Shown here: positions 11,501-25,000 of the stretch, in pieces
How positions within the stretch are numbered: the stretch's first letter is position 1
Layout: each line of letters opens with the position of its first letter
From: Takakia lepidozioides
Lineage: Eukaryota > Plantae > Bryophyta
Assembly (NCBI GenBank): GCA_030704615.1
Contig: CM060734.1
Span: forward strand, 10,292,001-10,356,000
DNA: 64,000 bases
Reading direction: 5' to 3'
The notes under the pieces: model-generated
Told to the model about the DNA's origin: nothing
Seen by the model: only the letters and a program-made list of their open reading frames with translations
Database searches by the model: none
Made by a program: the position numbers and the translations under genes

Positions 11501-13772
11501 TAATTCCAAAATCGCGGTAGTGAACATGACCATGGACTTTTATGGATTAAAAATGCGCCTATGTATGGAACACACACCAACAAAAAAATTGAACAATTTG
11601 ATGATATGTATATTTCTTGTGATGTATCATTATTACCAAATGCACTACAAAATGCCCAACAACATCAACACACACGTACATGTAAGAAAAAAAACCATGT
11701 TGTTTGTAGATTTCATTATCCATTACCTCCTATGCCCGAAACAAAAATCCTAGAACCACTTGAATTGAATGATAATTCTCCATTTTCAAAAGAATATCTA
11801 CTACAAACACAAATAGAAAAAATATTTCAATCTTTGAAAGATTTAAAAACAAATGATGATATAACATTTTCAGAATTTCTAAAAAAATTAAACCTCAACG
11901 AAAGCACATATATATTAAGCTTAAGGAGTAAATTAACAAAACCACACATTTTCTTAAAACGAACTCCGGCAAACATAAAAACCAATGCATTTGGTATACG
12001 TGCTGCTCATTTGTGGTTTGCAAACACCGATATCCAATTTATCTTGGATCCATATGCAGCTGCAACATACTGCACGTCATATATGACAAAAATAGATAAG
12101 TCAGTAACATCGGAATTACATTCTATCATACAAAAATGCATCGCAGATAAAACAGATGCAAATATAAGAATTCAAAATTGGGCAACACTTTTTTTAATGC
12201 TCAACAAATGTCTGCTCAACTTGTTGCTTATCTTGTGCTTTCTTTCCCGTTATATCATTCATCTCGAACTTTTAAATTTATCAACACTTCTCCTTATGAA
12301 GACCGTGCTTTTGTGTTAAAACCACAAGCCGCATTGAATCAACTAGAACCGGATTCAACTGATATTATGTGTTCATCAATCGTAGATAAATGTATTAATC
12401 AGGCTACTCATTATGAATCATTGTCATTAGCTGAGTTTGCCTCTTTTTTAAAATAAAAAAATAAAATCTCGAAATGTCACAAACCCAAAATTATCAGGTT
12501 TGTTAACTATAACAAACATAAAGATATTGAAAATTGGTCAAGAGAACAACTTCTATTATATTCACCATTCAGAGACTCAGAAAATTCCCAACTTCAAACC
12601 AATATCACATGGCATGATGCATATTGTCAAGTGCAAGATGAAATCTCTAAAATTATATCTATTTTCAGCTACAAAATGTCACATCCAGATATAGAGGAAG
12701 TAGATGATTTAAACGATCTAGCAAAACCTAGATCATCGCATACATCTAATATTCGGAATGACAACATGGATTGTGAGTTGAATAATTTACATGCTTCAAT
12801 CCCCATTACAAACACAATCAATATTGAACAATATGATTTACGATCCGATTTTGTAATTCAATCAACCACTGGATTAAATAATAAAAAGTCACAAACGTCG
12901 GAAGATGACATTTTCACAAAAACCGACTATTCCATGATGATGGACGAATATGAATATCGGAGTTTAGTTAGACAATTAAATGAAGAACAAAGACTAATCT
13001 TTGATGATATTATGCATAGGAAAAAAATTGTACCGTGATTCACCAATTTGCTTGTTTCTCATTGCGGGTGAAACTGGTAAAACTTTTACATTAAAACTTA
13101 TAATTCAAGGCTCATTGTGATTATACAACAAAGATATATCCTTAGACCTAACGAAAACCAAAGCTCTGCTCATGGCATCCACAGGTAAAGCTGTATTCAA
13201 TATGGATGGTTTGACTATACATTCCGCATTAAACATACCTGTTCAACAATCATTATCAAATTTGCCAACCTATCATCAGACTCATTAAATAGACTTACAT
13301 GTCGATATGAACAATTACAACTTGTTGTGATAGATGAAATATCTCTTGTTGGTGCTAGAATGTTAAACGTTATAGACAATCGACTAAGGTCCATAAAACA
13401 TTTACAAAATAAATTCTTTGGTAATCTTGATCTGATCATGACAGACGATTATTATCAAGCACCCCATGTGAAAGATAGTTGGATCTTTGTAAACGTAAAT
13501 GACAATGTTAAAGCATTAGCACCAATTTTTTGGCAAACAAATGCCCAATGCTATGAACTAAACAAAGTTATGAGACAATCTGATATGCCTTTCATAGAAA
13601 CTCTGAATAGATTCCGTACATCAGTACAAACTATAGAAGATATACAATTCATAAATTCAATTTGTTACCGACAGCCACCCAAAGATCTCACCATTCCATA
13701 TTTGTTTTATACAAATATATTCGTACGAAAATACAATGAAACTGTGTTCGCTAATACATCAGGTCCCACATT
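8539..13772 (+). pseudogene. RepHel transposase (OTU, Myb/SANT-like repeats, DUF6570-like region, HUH Rep, Pif1 helicase), many frameshifts and stops
   Basis: OTU: GNCLFDSI..WGD..HFEP. Rep: LEERLISPRLAF, NFPTLFYG, SPDY..MIRQLGPPTFFVT, FQNRGSEHDHGLLW, HTRTC..CRF, DIQFILDPYAAATYCTSYMTK. Helicase: LNEEQ, TGKTF, ASTGKA, TIHS, IDEISLV, ELNKVMRQSD. Confidence 0.92.
9357..9990 (+). repeat. ~319-bp tandem duplication inside the RepHel frame
   Basis: GTGTCCCTCAGGTTTCATCTCCACCC at 9357 and 9676; the two units are near-identical, each ending in a (TA)n run plus AGTAAATTTGTCACAAA. Confidence 0.95.
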
Positions 13773-13933
13773 TGTTGGCTCCTCCCTATAAGGGAGAGAC
13801 CACGCATTGGTGCCAGAAATGAGTAAGATCATGATATACCTCCACTAGATAATACCTACATGAAGCAGATAATCCTCCCCCACTTAGATATTAACTTGAA
13901 TGTACCTTGATTGGATAAGACCCACATGTAAAC

Positions 13934-14370
13934 CCTAAATTTTCATGTTGAATTCTTCAAGTTAGTTGGTTGAGTGAATCTAGTTTGGAGTGACTCTTGA
14001 CACGATACTGCCAATGTGACAACAAAAAAATATCCAAAAACAGGTAGCAGAATTAAGGAGAAGCTGTGAATACTTTTCTGACCCCAGCCAATGGTGGGAC
14101 AACCGAGGCAAAAAGGTGAATGCCTGTCAGATTACCAGAAGTCATTCTGAACACTGCCCTGGTGGACATGTATGCCAAATGTGGGTGCAGCGGATGCAAA
14201 GGGAGTGTTCAACACTATGCAGGCTGAACGAGATGTGGTGTAGTGGAGTGCGATGCTTGCAGGGTATGCAGAGCAGGGGCGCGGGATGGAGGCTTTAGAG
14301 ACTTATGAGCAAACGATGGGGGAAGGGGTGAAGCCCGACCTCATAACGTTTGTGTGCATTTGCAATGCTG
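13934..14370 (+). pseudogene. PLS-class PPR fragment with upstream non-coding repeat
   Basis: NTALVDMYAKCG..DAKGVFNTM..ERDVV*WSAMLAGYAEQGRGMEALETYEQ..GVKPDLITFVC. The upstream sequence is homologous to 47610-47820. Confidence 0.85.
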
Positions 14371-15308
14371 AGAGCCATGGTGGCTCCCCTGACTACATTG
14401 TAAGTGCTGCAACGGTTCTCTCTTCCATCTGTTTATCAAGTGTGCATCTTTTGTCATCACAAAAACAGTTTGGACTTGCCAGGTTACTAAAGCTTCCCTT
14501 CATTACATCTTATGAGTACATTCTCCCCCCCCTCTCTTGTATCTTACTTTACATTGTCCAGGGTATTCTCTCTGAATACAGGAAGTTGCGAGTGATTGGA
14601 GTACGGGGTAGGTCTTATGTACATAGTCCCCAATGGTTGATGTTCCTCTTCAGATTTCAAGGTTGCCAACAGTTCCTCCATTTTAAGGCATGAAAATCTT
14701 TGTAGCCACTCACTCCATAAGGGACTGCCATACCAGGGATTGGATGGTAGGCGCCCCCTCTCTCCCTCTCTCTCCCTCTCTCCAATTATCTGTTTGGGAT
14801 TAACAATTTTTTTCCTAAGCCTACCTGGTTTGGAAATACCTTCTTTCTAATCCCTAATGGAATATGTTTTGAATTTCATCCATACCGGATGAAAAAATGC
14901 CAAGTATAATCCCTAATTGGATGAATTATTGTCTTGAGCTTTACCACTAAGGATGTAGCTTGCAATTTTTCATCCACGACGGATTACATCCATCCTGGAT
15001 GTTACCCTAATGGATGTAAACCTAAGAGGATGTAACTCTAATGAAGTGCAAAATTTCATCCCAGTGGATGAAATCACGGGATGGTTTGCTAACCGCCTCT
15101 CTGCCCTAAGCACGGCACGATACTCGTGCTTGTTTTCTCTGGAGGATGGCGATGGCGGCTGAGCTGAGTGCTCGAGCACCACGATCCGCGTGCATTTTGT
15201 TTTTTCTTGCGCGATGGCGGCAGGCTCTTCCATTTCCCGCACTGGCAAATGACCTACTGTTGTGTTTGCCTGCAATCTTTCTTATTCATGAAGCAGCGAC
15301 GCTCATAA

Positions 15309-16039
15309 TGTCGCGCACCTCACTTCGGTAAGCTCCCCTTCAAGTCATAGTTACTCGCTCCGATGCGCGCGCCTGACTCCCAACCTGGCCGCCCGGGCCA
15401 ACTTGGAGCTTCCGCTGCTCACCGGGACGTAACAGTCCCCCCTTCGCTTCCCACTAAACCCTCCACCTATTTGGGCCCAGGAGAATTCCCTTTGGTAGAT
15501 GGCAGTCCAGAACAGCTCCCCACTCTTTGGTCGCTTTCCGGCTCGCTCGCTTACTCACTAGTTTTTGGTCACCAACGGGCTTGCACCGTTCTCGGGGTCA
15601 CTACTCCCCTTATATATACTTCTGTAGTTGTCCGCGGGGGTTTCACAACCAGCCATGCCATTTTATGGCGAACCACCACGAAAACCCTCGACTCCCAGTG
15701 GTGAGTCGCGGTGAGTCTTGGCCCACTCACCACGGCCCCTATGGACCGTGATGAGTCCCAAGACTCCCCACGACTCCCACCACGAGGTCTCCGCCCCCAT
15801 GGTGAGTCCTATGCCACCCCCACTAAGTCCCGCTACGCTACCACCACCCCTTGTGGAGCCACCCCCACCGCAACCCGGTGTGCGGGGCTCCACCTAGTGA
15901 GCGCCTCCGCCTCCTTGAGTGCCTTGGGCACTCCAGGGTGCTTCAGCCCCCCGTACCTATCGCTGCCGCTGCCCCCACCACAGGGGCAGCCCCTCATGTG
16001 TCCCGACCCCCCCTGCCCTCAAGGCAAAGGGCCGCGACA
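15309..16039 (-). repeat. 3' LTR of copy B
   Basis: TGTCGC...GCGACA termini; homologous to the other family LTRs. Confidence 0.97.
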
Positions 16040-16945
16040 CACACCCCTACCAACAGGGAGTCGATGTCCTCATCGACTTGTCCATTTTGTAGAAACGAAC
16101 ATCCAAGTTGTGGCGTCCCACCTCAAGGAGTTTGTTTCCGCACCATGGCATCCCATGGCAAAGAACCAAACCCCACACTTGACTCTACTCTCCACTAGCT
16201 AGTTCGGCCGACTTCCTCCAAGTCCCGGCCAAGGGTGGAGCCTCTCCAGCTCCTCCCAGTGCACTCTTCTTGGCCTACTTCAAGGCCAAGGAACGATCCT
16301 CCCCGAGGATCGAATCGCCTTACTACAACAACATTGCTTGCGACCGCTCATGATGCCGCTTTTGGCATCACCTTGAGCAAGGGTTTCCCTGGAACCCTCT
16401 TTGACTAGGAAGATAACCTTGAACCAACAGTGCGCCCCAATCACTACAATTGGGTCCGCCTTGGAATGCTGGCCTGAGGTACGGGAACACGCCGAAGCTG
16501 CACTACGACTTCGTCCCGAGGCTACACGATTATAGTACGTGAACGGAAACACGTGGCTTCCGCGTTAGCCCGCACTACAAGGCAACCCCCTCGGTAGCGC
16601 AGTTATAGTACGCGCACGCGCCAGGTGCGCACTAGCACGTGAACTCCCAAAGAAGGCGCAAGTTTCCTTGCCCCTCGGATGGGGGTCACCCGATTTCGGC
16701 ACTACGCAAACACACGATTAACCCAATTTACCTCTCCCACTTTTATAAGCTAGCATGCATTCTACACACTAGCCAACCATACCATGCATCACCATTCCAA
16801 ACAAAATAGGACGCACAACATTTGGAACCCATTTCTTTTATAACAAATTTTTGTACAATACAAGTTTTTGTAATCGGATTCCTAAGCTAGCTAAGCTAGG
16901 CTAAGCATGCATTTCCTCCCCCACGCTCCAAGGTTGATGTCCCCA

Positions 16946-19900
16946 TCAACGTTTCTTCCGCTTTTGAGGTCGCCCTTCGAAAGCTGCAACCGCCTCGGAT
17001 GCGTTTCCCATTTCTGAGGCACGCACCCAAGATGCCTCCACATGATGATAGCCCTTCCATTTGACGAGATACTCCGTTTCTCGGTTCTTGAACCTCCTCG
17101 ACTTAAGTATTGCCTCCACCTCGTACTCAGGTTCATTTTCATGATCCAACAGCATAGGTGGCAGACGCAACACTTGATGCCGATTCGGACGCGTTTCATC
17201 TTTGAAGTAAGGCTTCAAAAGGGAGACATGGAATACTGGGTGCACCTTGCTGTTTGCCGGCAGTCGTAGGTCGGAAGGCGGTGCTCATCTTCAGCCTCGT
17301 CCCCATCTTCTTCCAAAGTGCCCTCCAAAATTTACTCGTAAACTTTGGATCGCGGTCCGAGACAATATCCTTCGGGACTCCATGATGCTTTAAGACGTGG
17401 GCGAAGTAAAGTCGCCCTGTCTCATGCGCCGTTGCCGTCTCCTTGGTGGAGATGAAATGGCCCATTTTACTGAACCTATCCCCCACCACCATGATTGCAT
17501 CGAATCCTTTTGACAGCGGCATAGCAGTCTTGAAATCCATCGAGACGCTTTCCCAAGTCCCCTCTGGAATCGGCAAGGGTTGTAACAGCCCCGCTTGCTT
17601 TTTGTACTCGCTCCGGTTTTGTTGGCATGTGGTGCATGTCTTGACATACTCATCTGCCTCCTCCCTCAGTTTGGGCCAGAAATACTCTTTCTTCAAGAGT
17701 GCCGCAGTGCGCTTGGCTCCGCCGTGGCCCGCAAGCGGGCTATCATGGCATTCTCTCAAGAGACTATCTCTGATCCCTCCCTTCGGCACGTAGAGACGCT
17801 TTTGCTTATACCGGAGCAGTCCATTTTGCAAGTGAAATTGCGATTTAACCCCCATCCTCAAGTCCTGCATCACGGACTTCACCAGCTCATCCTTCCGGCA
17901 AGCCTTCCGGATCTTCCTTTGGAGCGTCGTCTCGCCCTTGTACACCAACAAGAGCTGCTGCTTTCTACTTAAAGCATTGGCCACCACGTTGTCTCGTCCC
18001 GGTTTGTACTGGATATCCACGTCGAACACCGCCAAAGTATCTTGCCACCTAAGTTGTTTTGGGGACAACTTGGGCTTGCGTGGAAAAATACTTCACTGTG
18101 ACATTGTCCGTGAACACCTTCACTGGGTTGGAACCAACATAGTGGCGCCAAAGCTCAAGACAGTGCACCACCGCCTTCATCTCTTTCTCGTGCGTCGGCC
18201 ACCGTCGCTCCACTTCATTTAGTTTCTTACTTTCGTAAGCCACTGGGACGTCCATCTTGCATCAGTACACCCCCAATCGCGAAGTCCGACGCATCTGTGT
18301 GTATCTCGAACAGACGATCGAACTCCGGGATTTTCAAGACTGGAGCTTCCGCCATCCGCTGCTTCAATTCAGCAAAAGCTTGGCCACAAAGGTGTTCCAT
18401 GCCCAGACTTTAGATTTACACAGAAGGTCTGACAGCGGCCCCGCAATCTTGGCGAAATTTCTCACATACTTCCGGTAATAGGAGGCGAGTCCTAGGAAGG
18501 ATCGCACTCCCGGGACCGAAGTCGGAGGCTCCCAGTCCAAGATCGCCCTCACCTTTCTGTCATCCATTTTGACCCTATCTTGTGTAATCACATGCCCCAG
18601 GAACTCCACTTTTGTGACCCCGAATTCGCACTTTGAAGCTTTGGCATACAGCTTCCCTTCCCGCAATTTTTGGAACACCCTTTTCAGGTGCTCCAGGTGC
18701 TCCTCCTTTGTTTTCGAGTACACCAAGATGTCGTCGATGTACACGATCACAAAGTCATCCAACCACTCCTGGAAAAGGCTGTTCATCAGCGTGCTAAATG
18801 TTGCTGGTGCAAAGGTGAGCCCAAAAGGCATCACCAAGAACTCATATGAACCATACCTTGTCTTGCACGCGGTCTTCTCCTCATCTCCTTCCGCCACCCG
18901 AATTTGGTGATAGCCGGAGCGCAAGTCGATCCGGCTGAAATACTTCGCTCCTGCCAACCGATCGAAGAGGTCGTCGATCCTTGGCAAAGGGTACCGGTTT
19001 TTGATAGTCACCTTATTTAGAGCCCTGTAATCGACACACATCCGCAGCGTCCCATCCTTCTAGGCTGCAAATAGCACCGGGGCTCCGTAAGGTGACTTAC
19101 TCGGCCGGATGTACCCCTTTGACATTAGATCTTTGAGCTGAGTCTTCAGCTCGACCAACTCCCTGTGGCTCAACCGGTAGGGCGCCTTGGCAGGCGGTTC
19201 CGATCCCGGTATCACCTCAATCTTGTGGTCAACTCCTCTTCGCGGTGGCAAGCCGCTTGGCAAATCCTCCGGCATCACATCCTGGTATTTCTCCAAAATC
19301 CCCTTGATCCAATCTGGGCTCGGCTCTCCATCGCCTTCTCCCTTGACTTCTCTAATGTAGAGCAAAAACTGGGGCTCGTGTGCCTCCTCCACGGCCCACT
19401 CCCTTGCTGACATAAGGTTTATTCGCCCTCCCACGGGTTTGGGCGTTTACGAAACTCGTAAGACCTCGCCACCATTCCAACATGGCAGTGTGACTACCTC
19501 TTGCGGCCATCTATGACCGCTCCGGATTTGCTCAAAAAGGTCATCCCCAAAATGAGATCCACTCCATCGATCTCGCAGACGGTGAAGTTCTCACGTCCCT
19601 CCCAACTCCCCAGTTGAAGAGGAACATTGAACGCCAATTTCGTCGCCAATTGCGGTTCTCCTTTGGCAGAACGCACCTCAATAGAGGCCCCTACGTCAGT
19701 CGTCGGGAGTCCCAGCTTTTGTGCCGTTGCCGGTGTCATGAAGGAGTGCGACGCTCCTGTGTCCACCAACAATGACACGTTAGTTCCGGATATTATCCCA
19801 TCCACGAACAATAAGTGACTCCCTTTACGCAATGCGCCAGTTTCCTGATACAACTCACAAGAATATTTGCCTACCTTGCAAGTCCTGGCGACCACCGCTT

Positions 19901-21026
19901 CCACCAAGCGACTGATGGTATCTTCCGACAGCTCCGTGGTTGCCCGAGTCATGTTCAATTGTCGGGGTTTCGTGCACTTCTTGGCCATGTGCCCGGGCTC
20001 TCCGCAATTGAAACACACTCCATCAAAGGTCGCCTTATGTCCGCCATAAGCCGCTCCACCCGCTTTTCCTTTCGAAGCACCGGGTGTCGCCTTGACGTGT
20101 AAAGGCCCTCCCTTCGATTTCCACGTGCCATTGTCGCCGCATGGCCTATCCCACTTCTTTTCCGGTCGGAAGGAGTCACCTTCCCGCCGGGTCTTCTTGT
20201 GGTTCAGCTCCGTACGGCCTTGTCTTTCACCCCTAGAGACATCTGAGAAACATTCGGCCCTCTCAATTGCCTCGTTCAAAGTCTTAGGTGGCTTCTCCTC
20301 CAACTTCCGCCTGGCCCATGGGGCCAGTCCCGCCACGACCATTTCCGGTTCTGCCATGTCCGCGACTTCGAGCAAAAGCACATTGAAAGCCTGGACATAT
20401 CCCCGAATGTCGTCTGTTTGCTTCAAATTCCTCATCTTGTCCCGGGCAAGCCAGGACGCGTTGAGGGGCACAAACTGTCTCTTCATCAATTCCTTGAACC
20501 CACTCCAGTTCAAGGTTTCCGGGCTTGGACCTCGGTCGTGAAGGCATTTCTGCCACCATTGTTGAGCATAGCCCCTCAAATAGGTGGGAGCCACTTCCAC
20601 CCGATCCTCATCACTCAACTTGGCCGCCCGGAAGTACTGCTCTAGCTCCAAGAGCCAGGTGTTGAGTGCCTTCCAATTTCGGACGCCCTCGAAGGTGCCG
20701 GGTTCCTTAGGCTTCACCTTAAACTTTGCCTTAGGGGAAGTGGCATTAGCCGCCCTCAACACGTCTTTCAGCGTCCCGCCAAACTGCGCCAACAACCCTT
20801 CCCAAAAGGCTGCCGGCATGGGAGGCATCTGTTGGTCGGTCGGAGCTCTCACGGATTCCTCGGGCTCCGACTCCTCGGATTCCTCCCGCTCTTGGGCGGC
20901 CTCGTTTTCAAAAACCTGCGTTGCTTCCTCAAATGGCCGCTTCGGTGACACGTCGCCCCCATCGGGCTCACCAGGATCATCAACTTTTGGGCCGTTCCGC
21001 TTTCGCTTTGGCTTGCCCGACCCCAT
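16946..21026 (-). pseudogene. Copy B gag-pol (gag, protease, RT, RNase H, integrase, chromodomain), disrupted, with a ~470-bp integrase deletion near 17262
   Basis: [37 protein letters not shown] and chromodomain. Relative to copy A it lacks ~25846-26318. Confidence 0.95.
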
Positions 21027-21295
21027 GATGAGGCCAATCCCAAGGACGATCGCGTACTGAACTCTAAGCTCTGATACCAAGTGACGCGCACCTCACTTCG
21101 GTAAGCTCCCCTTCAAGTCATAGTTACTCGCTCCGATGCGCGCGCCTGACTCCCAACCTAGCCGCCCGGGCCAACTTGGAGCTTCGGCTGCTCACCGGGA
21201 CATAACGGTCCCCCCCTTCGCTTCCCACTAAACCCTCCACCTATTTGGGCCTAGGAGAATTCCCTTTGGTAGATGGCAGTCCGGAACAGCTCCCC

Positions 21296-22019
21296 TGTCG
21301 CGGCCCTTTGCCTTGAGGGCAGGGGGTCGGGACACATGAGGGGCTGCCCCTGTGGTGGGGGCAGCGGCAGCGATAGGTATGGGGGGCTGAAGCACCCTTG
21401 AGTGCCCAAGGCACTCAAGGAGGCGGAGGCGCTCACTAGGTGGAGCCCCGCACACCGGGTTGCGGTGGAGGTGGCTCCACAAGGGGTGGTGGTAGCTTAG
21501 TGGGACTTAGTGGGGGTGGCATAGGACTCACCATGGGGTGGAGACCTCGAGGTGGGAGTCGTGGGGAGTCTTGGGACTCATCACGGTCCATTGGGGCCGC
21601 GGTGAGTGGGCCAAGACTCACCGCGACTCACCACCGGGAGTCGAGGGTTTTCGTGGTGGTTCACCATAAAATGGCATGGCTGGTTATGAAACCCCCGCGG
21701 ACAGCTACAGAAGTATATATAGGGAGTAGTAACCCCGAGAACGGTGCAAGCCCGTTGGTGACCAAAAACTAGTGAGTAAGCGAGCGAGCCGGAAAGCGAC
21801 CAAAGAGTGGGGAGCTCTTCCGGACTGCCATCCACCAAAGGGAATTCTCCTAGTCCCAAATAGGTGGAGGGTTTAGAGGGAAGCGGAAGGGGACCGTTAT
21901 GTCCCGGTGAGCAGCCGAAACTCCAAGTTGGCCCGGCGGCCAGGTTGGGAGTCAGGCGCGCGCATCAAAGCGAGTAACTATGACTTGAAGGGGAGTTTAC
22001 CGAATTGAGGTGTGCGACA
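21296..22019 (+). repeat. 5' LTR of copy A (TATA-like TATATATA at 21714-21721)
   Basis: TGTCGC...GCGACA termini, immediately followed by the PBS. Confidence 0.97.
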
Positions 22020-22021
22020 CT

Positions 22022-22033
22022 TGGTATCAGAGC
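22022..22033 (+). promoter_or_regulatory. Primer-binding site for initiator tRNA-Met
   Basis: TGGTATCAGAGC, 2 nt after the LTR end. Confidence 0.95.
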
Positions 22034-22074
22034 TTAGAGTTCAGTACGCGATCGTCCTTGGGATTGGCCTCATC

Positions 22075-25000
22075 ATGGGGTCGGGCAAGCCGAAGCGAAA
22101 GCGGAACGGCCCAAAAGATGATGATCCCGGTGAGCCCGATGGGGGCGACGTGTCACCGAGGCGGCCGTTTGAGGAAGCGATTAATGTTTCCGAAAACGAG
22201 GCCGCTCAGGAGCGGGAGGAATCCGAGGAGTCGGAGCCCGAGGAATCTTTGAGAGCTCCGACAAACCAAGAGATGCCTCCCATGCCGGCAGCCTTTTGGG
22301 AAGGGTTGTTGGCGCAGTTTGGCGGGACGTTGAAAGACGTGTTGAAGGCGGCTAATGCCACTTCCACCAAGGCAAAGTTTAAGGTGAAGCCTAAGGAACC
22401 CGGCACCTTCGAGGGCGTTCGAAACCGGAAGGCACTCAACACCTGGCTCCTGGAGCTAGAGCAGTACTTCCGGGCGGCCAAGTTGAGTGACGAGGATCGG
22501 GTGGAAGTGGCTCCCACCTATTTGAGGGGCTATGCTCAACAATGGTGGCAGAAACGCCTTCACGACCGAGGCCCAAGCCCGGAAACCTTGAACTGGAGTG
22601 AGTTCAAGGAATTGATGAAGAGACAGTTTGTGCCCCTCAACGCGTCCTGGCTTGCCCGGGACAAGATGAGGAATTTGAAGCAAACAGATGACATTCGGGG
22701 GTATGTCCAGGCTTTCAATGTGCTGTTGCTCGAAGTCGCGGACATGGCAGAACCAGAAATGGTCTTCAACTTTGTGGCGGGACTGGCCCCATGGGCTAGG
22801 CGGAAGTTGGAGGAGAAGCCACCCAAGACTTTGAACGAGGCAATTGAGAGAGCTGAATGTTTCTCGGATGTCCCTAGGGGTGAGAGACAAGGCCGTACGG
22901 AGCTGAACCACAAGAAGACCCGGCGGGAAGGTGACTCCTCCCGACCGGAAAAGAAGTGGGATAGGCCACGCGGCGAAAATGGCACGTGGAAATCGAAGGG
23001 AGGTCCTTCACACGTCAAGGCGGCACCCGGTGCTTCGAAAGGAAAAGCGGGTGGAGCGACTTATGGCGGACAGAAGGCGACCTTTGATGGAGTGTGTTTC
23101 AATTGCGGGGAGCCCGGGCACATGGCCAAGAAGTGCACGAAGCCCCAGCAATTGAACATGACTCGGGCGACCACGGAGCTGTCGGAAGATACCATCAGTC
23201 GCTTGGTGGAAGCGGTGGTCGCCAGGACTTGCAAGGTAGGCAAATTTTCTTGTGAGTTGTATCAGGAAACTGGCGCCTTACGAAAAGGGAGTCAGTTATT
23301 GTTCGTGGATGGGATAATATCCGGAACTAATGTGTCGTTGTTGGTGGACACAGGAGCGTCGCACTCCTTCATGACGCCGGCGGCGGCGCGAAAGTTGGGA
23401 CTCCCGACAAGTGACGTGGGGGCCTCTATTGAGGTGCGCTCTGCCAAAGGAGAACCTCAGTTGGCGACAAGGTTGGCGTTTGATGTTCCTCTTCAACTGG
23501 GGAGTTGGGAGGGACGTGAGAACTTCACTATCTGCGAGATCGATGGAGTGGATCTCATTTTGGGAATGACCTTTTTGAGCAAATCCGGAGCGGTCATAGA
23601 TGGCCGCAAGAGAGTAGTCACGCTGCCATGTGGGAATGGTGGCGAGGTTTTACGAGTGTCGGAAACGCCCAAATCCGTGGGAGGGCGAATAAACCTTCTA
23701 TCAGCAAAGGAGTGGGCCGTGGAGGAGACACACGAGTCCCAGTTTTTGCTTTACATTAGAGAAGTGAAAGGAGAAGGCGATGGGGAGCCGAGCCCAGATT
23801 GGATCAAGGGGATTTTGGAGAAATACCAGGATGTGATGCCGGAGGATTTACCAAGCGGCTTGCCACCGCGAAGAGGAGTTGACCACAAAATTGAGGTGAT
23901 ACCGGGATCGGAACCGCCTGCCAAGGCGCCCTACCGGTTGAGCCACAAAGAGTTGGTCGAGCTGAAGACTCAGCTCAAAGATCTAATGTCAAAGGGGTAC
24001 ATCCGGCCGAGTAAGTCACCTTACGGAGCCCCGGTGCTATTTGCAGACAAGAAGGATGGGACGCTGCGGATGTGTGTCGATTACAGGGCTCTGAATAAGG
24101 TGACTATCAAAAACCGGTACCCTTTGCCAAGGATCGACGACCTCTTCGATCGGTTGGCAGGAGCGAAGTATTTCAGCCGGATCGACTTGCGCTCCGGCTA
24201 TCACCAAATTCGGGTGGCGGAAGGAGATGAGGAGAAGACCGCGTGCAGGACAAGGTATGGTTCATATGAGTTCTTGGTGATGCCTTTTGGGCTCACCAAT
24301 GCACCAGCGACATTTAGCACGCTGATGAACAGCCTTTTCCAGGAGTGGTTGGATGACTTTGTGATCGTGTACATCGACGACATCTTGGTGTACTCGAAAA
24401 CAAAGGAGGAGCACCTGGAGCACCTCAAAAGGGTGTTCCAAAAATTGCGAGAAGGGAAGCTGTATGCCAAAGCTTCAAAGTGCGAATTCGGGGTCACAAA
24501 AGTGGAGTTCTTGGGGCACGTGATTACACAGGATGGGATCAAAATGGATGACAGAAAGGTGAGGGCGATCTTGGACTGGGAGCCTCCGACTTCGGTCCCG
24601 GAGTGCGATCCTTCCTAGGACTCGCCTCCTATTACCGGAAGTATGTGAGAAATTTCGCCAAGATCGCGGGGCCGCTGTCGGACCTTCTGTGTAAATCCAA
24701 AGTCTGGGTATGGAACACATTTTGTGGCCAAGCTTTTGCTGAATTGAAGCAGCGGATGACGGAAGCTCCAGTCTTAAAAATCCCGGAGTTCGATCGTCCG
24801 TTTGAGATTCATACAGATGCATCGGACTTCGCAATTGGGGGTGTACTTATGCAAGATGGACGTCCAGTGGCTTACGAAAGTAAGAAACTGAATGAAGTGG
24901 AGCGACGGTGGCCGACGCACGAAAAAGAGATGAAGGCGGTGGTACATTGCCTTGAACTCTGGCGCCACTATGTTGGTTCCAACCCAGTGAAGGTGTTCAC

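Larger units (their letters stand above)
6680..13772 (+). mobile_element. Helitron-like rolling-circle element of Helentron/Helitron2 type, 3'-truncated; termini not resolved
   Basis: RPA-like gene followed by a long disrupted RepHel frame; the block from ~8100 to 13772 is markedly AT-rich. Confidence 0.9.

Noticed and set aside
13773-13933. LTR fragment starting TGTTGG at the Helitron truncation point
   Set aside because: No partner LTR, PBS, PPT or TSD in the window.
15745-15775. Hammerhead ribozyme (retrozyme-like) core in the LTR: TGATGAGTC-CCAA-GAC
   Set aside because: It lacks the preceding C and the following GAAA, is antisense to the element, and reads TGGTGAG in copy C.
15363-16202. 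Proline-rich ORFs in the LTRs (also at 21228-21859, 27378-28814 and 35855-36414)
   Set aside because: Their frames shift freely between copies; GC-rich non-coding LTR sequence.
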